DNA of 54,850 bases, filler included, from Sphacelaria rigidula (lineage: Eukaryota): assembly GCA_964200075.2 (NCBI GenBank). It is 5 parts of 5 records of this genome, joined end to end, with 100 filler letters (N's around TTAATTAATTAA, not from the genome) between each part and the next. Parts side by side here need not be neighbours in the genome. Positions count along the whole stretch, not along the records: positions 43,962 to 54,850 come from CAXNAA020005729.1; 4 more parts are not named here. One strand, given 5' to 3'. The notes under the pieces are model-generated. The model was not told the origin of the DNA and searched no databases. It saw only the letters and a list, made by a program, of their open reading frames with translations. Below, piece by piece: positions 48,294-54,850 of this stretch; the stretch's first letter is position 1, and each line of letters starts with the position of its first letter. Position numbers and translations under genes: made by a program.

Positions 48294-48711
48294 ATTGTGA
48301 TTCGTACATATTTTGAACTCTTGATTCGTCTGATACTATTTGGAGTGTACACATTCCCGGGTCGTGATCCGTGCGGTATGACCTTGAACATACAACTTTA
48401 CCATCCGTGATCCATGCCGAATGACGCTTTGGTATACATGATCAACATTTATGGGGAGTCAACCCGTATGGACATTGATTTGTGCGAAGCGTGAAAAATT
48501 TCATGCGAATGAATATCGATGGCAGATGAGAACACCTGAGCGAGTGTGCTGATGATGGATGACCGTTGGAGCGGTTGTGCTGTCGCGGCGCACTTGTGAC
48601 GTACCTGCACGGGGATACATACATACGTCGTATGCTGCTGGCGGTGCTGCATCAAACGTCCTGTACGATACTGCGGGGTTGCGGCGTGTGACGGAAAAGT
48701 TAAGAGCCATA

Positions 48712-48714
<3 letters not shown>

Positions 48715-48739
<25 letters not shown>
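48715..48739. repeat. (TA)n microsatellite
   Basis: Direct reading. Confidence 0.95.
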
Positions 48740-48742
<3 letters not shown>

Positions 48743-48799
48743 CTGTTGAGATCATGGCGGTCACACGCAGAACTGAAGACATGTACAGCGTGGAAGTAC

Positions 48800-51700
48800 C
48801 TGGTATCTCGACAAACACGACGTCTCTCTTCACACGATCATTTTTTTTCACCACAATGACCTCGTTCGTGGCAACAGTCCTCCCTGCGGGGGCAGTATCT
48901 CCTTGCTGCGGTTGTACAACAAAGGGACCGTTATGTTGGAAGTAAGATATTGGGTTACTTGCGGGGGATCATTTCAGTCTGTTCGCGAAGAGGTGCGTCG
49001 CAGAATAGGTCATCACAACGAGGTGGCCTACTACTATATCCTGAGCCTCTTACCAGCTGGCCAAGGTGTAAGCTAGGTATTATTGTGCGGTCGAAGACGA
49101 GAGCATGCTTCGGTAGCACCTGCTGGTATGGTGTGTTCAGCGATGACTTTTTCAGCCTGAATCCGGAGGGAACATTTATCGTTTTTTTACCTGGCATACG
49201 TCGGGAATATGCACGTACTTCAATGCCGACGCGCGGTCAAACGTTCGCGGGGTATTCCAACTTCCGAACGCACGAAATAAAACAAAAAATACTTCGACGT
49301 CTTCAGGCACAAAACTACAGTACCTTGTTCGTAAAACGCACTGAGGGGAGTATGCAGTTGCATCATGATGCTGCAATACGCGCCAGACAAATCCCGAAAT
49401 GCCGTCCCGGCTACCCAAATCTTCCCGCATTGGTATCGCAGAAGTTAGGGGTATTCAAACGACTACCAATATTAGGAATCCAGACACATCACTACCTCTT
49501 TCGTTGGTGCACTTGGACTCTCCAGCACCCCAACAACCGCTCGCCGGAGTCGGTTCACAAGGTCTCTGTAAGGTCGCTCACTAGCTCTAAACTAGGGTAA
49601 AACGCAAGAGGGACAAAATACCAAGCCCTGTGCTTCTTCGACAAACCGAATCAAGTACGCCAGATCCGTCCTGCACGTCACTCGCCTGGCTTCCCGGCGA
49701 GCCTAACTCTTGAGTACAAATGAAAAACCTCGCCAATGCGGTCAAACGCCCTCTACATGCCAACAACCCGTAGTTCTCTGCCCTCTACGCGTTTTCATCA
49801 CGAATGCACACCTCTCTTCCTTCCTGCCAGCCAACAGAGGAAAAAGTACAATCACACTCTGGCGCTACCATGCACGTTATGGCCTGGAGCTTCTCGTTTG
49901 TGCTGCATGTTAGCTGTTGTGCGGCAAACCTTTCACGTCTGGCTGGGCCGAAGCGCGTGGAACAAGAGCGGGAAGAGCATCCGGTAGAGACTGTGGTTTT
50001 GCTTCATCATTGCAGTCACTTCCCCCGCGTTGTTTGTCAACACCGGATGCCGAAGCAGGGGCCCCGGCTTCGATCGCCACGAGGGTTGTTTTAGCGCTGA
50101 AAGCGTTCACTCGCCCAAGGATTCCCTGTAGTCAAAGAGCGCGCGCGTGCGTGGATCCGCGAGACGAAACGATAACTATTCCACTTCTTATTTGACGTTT
50201 GAGTCCTCCAAAACACTGGGCGGGGGTAGTTCGAGCATCTTGCCATCTCTATTGAGCCATTTCACTCAACCGTAAAGGCGCTGGGTACATCGTAGTTGGT
50301 CTCCATCAAGCCCCTACAGAGGTTTCATAGGACGCTGAAGCTGAAGGTTAAAGATAAAGCCACACTATTTATATATTGAGATGCCCACGAACCTCTTGAG
50401 GTGCAGAGGAAGCCATCACTTCCACAACTGCATGCCTAGTGAAGTTAGCCACCTCCGCTCCCAAGAGGGCGCGACAGACGTCAGCAACTGCCAGCTCTCG
50501 CTCCCTGGCCTGCTTAGCCAACACGTCGGGTTCATCCATCTCCGATCCACTGAGATCTGAAGCTTGTGCCTCAGGTTCGCTGGGAAGAACGAGAAGGCAG
50601 AATTTGTGAACGACGACGGCTAGCCTGTTTCTCACGTGCTCCTACAACCACCTTGCAGCATCTCGTGGGGGTAAACCGTATGCTCAGTCCCTTGGAATAC
50701 GATGAAGGCAGTCGGTCCAATCGATTTCGTTTTTTAGACACTGGGTGACAATCATCTCTCAAGAGTGGCCCATTCATCCGCAAGCGGCCAAATTATTGAG
50801 CTGGTGATTCTCTTCGCATCGTGAACCTTGATGGCGTGTCCCACTTAGTCCGCCTTGCATGACCCGGAGATGTAAACCCAACATATTATTTTCAGTCGTT
50901 TGTCGGTACCGTTACCTGTTGTAAGGGTCGAAGGCAGCGTCCTCTTCTGCAATTTCGCGCATGCGCTCGCGAACGCGCGTGGCCATCGTGCGATGTGCCT
51001 CGCCGAGTTTGCTTGGTGATACGATTTCTAGTCTGTTGCGTGTCCGTAACGGGGGGGGGGGGGGGTGGAGGTGGAGACGCGGGTGTATAAGGTGACCTCA
51101 AGACGAGTTGCGAAGAAAGAGCCTTACATGTACACGGGGCACAAATGTATAAGAGATGAAAATGTTCATTTCGAGTTGTGAGGTGATTGGGCGCCGTATT
51201 GACTGTGTACGCTCGGGGAGCGATCTTGAGCCCTAGCGACATACATATGTGCGTAGTCACCAGTCTCCCATAGCGGGGGCACGCCATCGAACGAGCACCA
51301 ATGGAAGCACCATTCCGTCAACGTTCTGTGAAAACGTCAGAGCGGGACCGTAACCTACTGTTATCATAAATTAGCTTACATGCAACGCAAAATCACATAC
51401 CTTCCAGCACAACACATACACGCCGAGAGAGAGAGACAGACATACATAGACACAGACAAAGACAGGAGCCATGCTACGATAGGGGTTGCCCTTTTTGTTT
51501 CTGGGTCTCTTTTTTGTAGGAGCCCAAATATATGAGGCTTACTGTTCGACCCAAATTTCCGGGGACCGGACATGGAGATGCACGCAGGGGCCTTTTCGTG
51601 AATCGGCATCATTTCCAGTCTTTTTCAAGTAAAAACGATGCCGATTCTCAGAATGACCGGTTCGAACACCCCGAGAAACATTTTCGCTAAAAAAGTGCAA

Positions 51701-54373
51701 GACCTACCGTAGCATCACTCTCAGACAGACAGGCGGACAAGGAGACAGGAAGACAGAGATACAGAGAGACGGAGAGACGGAGAGACAGAGAAATAGAGAG
51801 ATAGACAGAGAGAGCAATGTTGATGTCTGCTCTAGGCTTACGTACCTCCGAGCTTCATCCCACATTTCGCCAAACTGAACATCTCTTCGGCCGATGCGAC
51901 TGCCAAGCGACCGAGGATTGTCTAGGTGGCCGAACGTCCGCATTTTTCTGTGTTGCACGGTGTAGATGATCGAGGGGAAAGCATGGGACCCTTTAGGATT
52001 TAAAGTTGGTGGCAGCAGCTACTTTGGCAGGACGCGATGTATTGCTACGCACGCAAGCTACCGTAAACAATACTCTTACTTGAAGGTGTGGTTTGGGTTA
52101 AGGTTGAGAGCTGAAGGTTTGGCGAAAAACAAATGAACCTCCACGTGAAGGTTCGATATAACAGTATCAAAACATTAAAACTCGAATGTTGAACCACAAA
52201 ACTTGAGTGCTGCACGTTGAACTTTAATGCTGAACCCTCACGTTAAGTGCGATGTTCGACATGGACGTCCACGGCCAATCTTTAACTCGACAGTAGATTT
52301 TTATCATAAACTTGTAATAAAAACGTTGACTTCAAAGTTTCACCGTTTATTTAAATGTTGAAAGCGAATGTCGGTTCGTCATCTTCACTGTTCAATTTGC
52401 ACGCCGTAAAGGATCAACTTAAAAGTCAAATTTTCACGTGAACGGTTGGATTGCGAGTCCGACCCCCGCCTGAACCTTCAACTTTCTGTTCATCCCTTCA
52501 GCGAAAACGTCGAACCTCAAACTGAAAGTCCCACTCTCAAATTGAACGTTGCGTCAGAGGTCGAACGTTCAGGTGCACGCCACACACCTAACTTAATTCG
52601 TTGAATAAACCCTCGAGGTGCAAGTCAAATGTCGAGGCGATCTCTTGCTCAAAGTTCAGGCTCACCTTCAATTTATCTCTTGAATATTCCGCGACAAGTG
52701 TACAAATATTTTTGAAGTGAAGCTCCGACTTCGGTGATGTTGAGCCTTCAATTTTAAGGCCGAAATATTTACTTGAAGACTCAACCTTCTGGCTCGACCT
52801 TTAGTTTTTCCGTCGAACAATCTTGTGAACGTTTTACCCTACAGTCCGACGATCGAAGTTTGGCTTGCGCGTTCGACCTCAAATTTGAACGTTTCACCTC
52901 AAGATAAGACGTTCACTGGGACCTCCGAGTTTTAATCTACATTCCAAATCAAACGTTCAGCTTGAAGGGCGGAGGGCCACTAGAAAGTCCAACTTTCGAA
53001 CGTCGAAATTTCGCTTGAAAATCGGCCTCCCGTTTGAACGTTCAACTCGGTAATCGAACATTCAAGTGACCGAGCCTTTAACTGAGTCTTCGTCGTTCAA
53101 AATCACACGTCCAGCGAGTGGCTGTACGGTAGGGGTTCAGACTTTTTCCGCTGAGGCTCTGCGCTGTAGGAACATCTCCATGACAAACGTCCGGGCCTTA
53201 ACGTATAGCCTCAGATTTGTTGTGACTCAAACGTGTCTCTCTATCGTAGAATCATTCCGACCTAAAAAATGTCAAACTTGTAGTGTATCTCGTGACGTTC
53301 GACTCGGGCGTCCGACTCGAGCTTCGAACATTGGAGTGAATGTGTTGTCCGAGCAGGACACTAAACTCGAACGCCGCCATTTCTCGGTGGTTCGAGGTAA
53401 ACCTCTAGATGTCAAATCAGGGTTCAAGTTAAACGCCGCGAGGAGGGTCAAGTCGAATCTTCAACATGATATGATACCTTCATGGTGAAGAGCTTCAAGT
53501 CGAATTTCCCATTTACCATCAAAACGTTTGACTCGAACTTTCCGACCTCATAAACGTTGCGCGTTCCACTAGAAGCTTCAACACCTACGGTAAAATAACA
53601 AGGTGAGCGTTCATGGCTCAAGTTGAAATGTTTCATACCTGCATCTTTCACCTTCACCTGAGGTTTCAAACGGTTAGTTATGTGATTGCCACCTCTGCAT
53701 GACCAGTGCCGCTTACGGATAACCCGGGCCTGTCGACCCGGACCGTCATCCTCAATCGCCAGTCCGGGCTATAGTCATCCTCACGCAGGGTGTCGGGTCA
53801 GACGCCCCACCGTCGGTTAGTTCTTACCTCGTCCGAAGCTCTGCTCTAGAAGGCTTACCCAGTGCGAGTCCACGCCGCATTTCCACACGCTCCGTACCCC
53901 CTATACAGAGTGAGAAGCTATAACCTACACCCCCCCTCCGTCGTGGTTTAGATAGGCCACACCCATCGTCTGCGAGTCCGATCTACAGTTGAACCTTTTG
54001 ACTTTTAAATTAAGATGTCAACTTTGAAGTTGAAACCCTTGAGCTTGGAATCCAAACTTCAACTTTCAAGATGAAACTTTTGCGTCAAAAACTTCAGCGT
54101 TTCGGTCGAACCTTCGACTTTTGGGTGAAAAGTGCAGCAATCGAGTTAAACTCGCAAGATAATTGGATTCGTGAGCGTAGTAGTTATCCGCCACGCAACC
54201 AGCAGTATGCGCAGGCAAAGAGATACGGGCTACGGAGCCATGCCGAAAGATCGTAGGGGGGCGAGCGGAGAAGAGGCAAGGGCTTACTCAACCGTCGACG
54301 CTATCGACGCTATATGCCACAGGGTTGGAAACCCTAGACCTTGTGAGAGTGCTCCAGACACTCTTGCTTCATG
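48800..54373 (-). CDS. Internal exons of an uncharacterised multi-exon gene (5' end outside the contig)
   Basis: Phase-compatible GT-AG exons ~54373-54288, 51947-51846, 51032-50916, 50579-50393, 50125-49930, 48901-48800 give a continuous peptide ...LGFPTLWHIASIASTVEKMRTFGHLDNPRSL...EMWDEARRLEIVSPSKL...RMREIAEEDAAFDPYNSEPEA...ELAVADVCRALLGAEV...; may continue at ~48605-48538 and ~47586-47390. Confidence 0.7.
51723..51814. repeat. Degenerate (GAGACA)n purine-rich tract
   Basis: Direct reading; a similar tract lies at 51425-51467. Confidence 0.85.
52080..54150. repeat. ~1.7-kb element saturated with TTGAA/TTCAA/TCGAAC/AACGTT motifs, interrupted by the solo LTR
   Basis: Motifs recur every 10-30 bp; no credible ORF; lies in a predicted intron. 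Confidence 0.65.
53681..53987. mobile_element. Probable solo LTR (307 bp)
   Basis: Begins TGTGAT, ends TCTACA (TG...CA); flanks GTTA/GTTG; GC-richer block that interrupts the TTCAA/TTGAA-rich element, which resumes at 53988. Confidence 0.55.
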
Positions 54374-54850
54374 CTTGTCTCAACGATTATTCGCGCCGTA
54401 GGAGTTTTCTCACTGCTGTCATCGGTTACGGGTCTTGGAAAATAGTAGCACAGTACGGATCTTGATACTTCTTCACGGTATCAGTGCGGTAGACACGGTG
54501 TGCGGTACTGGTGAAGTGCGGTACGGTACCGGTCGGCTTTGCAGTTACTTGGTATCTCTTGGAAAATGGCAATATGGCACATCGTTCTCCGATACTGCGG
54601 TGCGGTGCAGCGCAGTACGGGTACGGAGCCTGGCGACCGCCGTACCTAACGCGGTGACGTGGAAACGTTGCGGCCACCACAACAATCGGAAGCCTCGGTT
54701 CCCTATCACGGTAATCGCAGTTGTTCTCTACATGCTATACGTACAAATCATACCGTATGCCTTACATCATGGCGGGACGGGGGGGCGGGGCGTATTCATT
54801 TGTTGCTTGCCTTAGTCGTTTGACAATTGACCACGCATCCCTTTCGAGAC

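Noticed and set aside
48950..49600. 216-aa plus-strand ORF
   Set aside because: TTG start, non-protein-like composition, antisense within a predicted intron

Overview
Eukaryotic, intron-rich genomic DNA, most likely from a brown alga (Phaeophyceae). This is an inference from GT-AG introns of 0.2-2 kb, a tandem WSC-domain gene, a signal peptide followed by Phe typical of stramenopile plastid targeting, and TTAGGG repeats. The window is not contiguous: it is five unrelated ~10.89 kb contigs (1-10891, 10992-21882, 21983-32872, 32973-43861, 43962-54850) joined by artificial 100-nt spacers (N44-TTAATTAATTAA-N44). Best-supported genes are a 5'-incomplete minus-strand gene with four WSC domains (9 exons reconstructed), a minus-strand F-box-like gene with two copies of an unrecognised ~60-75-aa N-terminal domain, and a head-to-head pair (plastid-targeted protein / N-myristoylated protein). 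Three further uncharacterised genes are partly reconstructed. Non-coding DNA is packed with non-autonomous mobile elements: a tRNA-derived SINE with a (CA)n tail, many hairpin MITEs (some with clear TSDs, two families carrying telomeric TTAGGG), a probable solo LTR, a 42-bp minisatellite and several elements saturated with one short motif. No CRISPR, rRNA, intact tRNA or transposase/RT ORF was found. All gene models were assembled by eye from splice signals and phase compatibility, without expression data.
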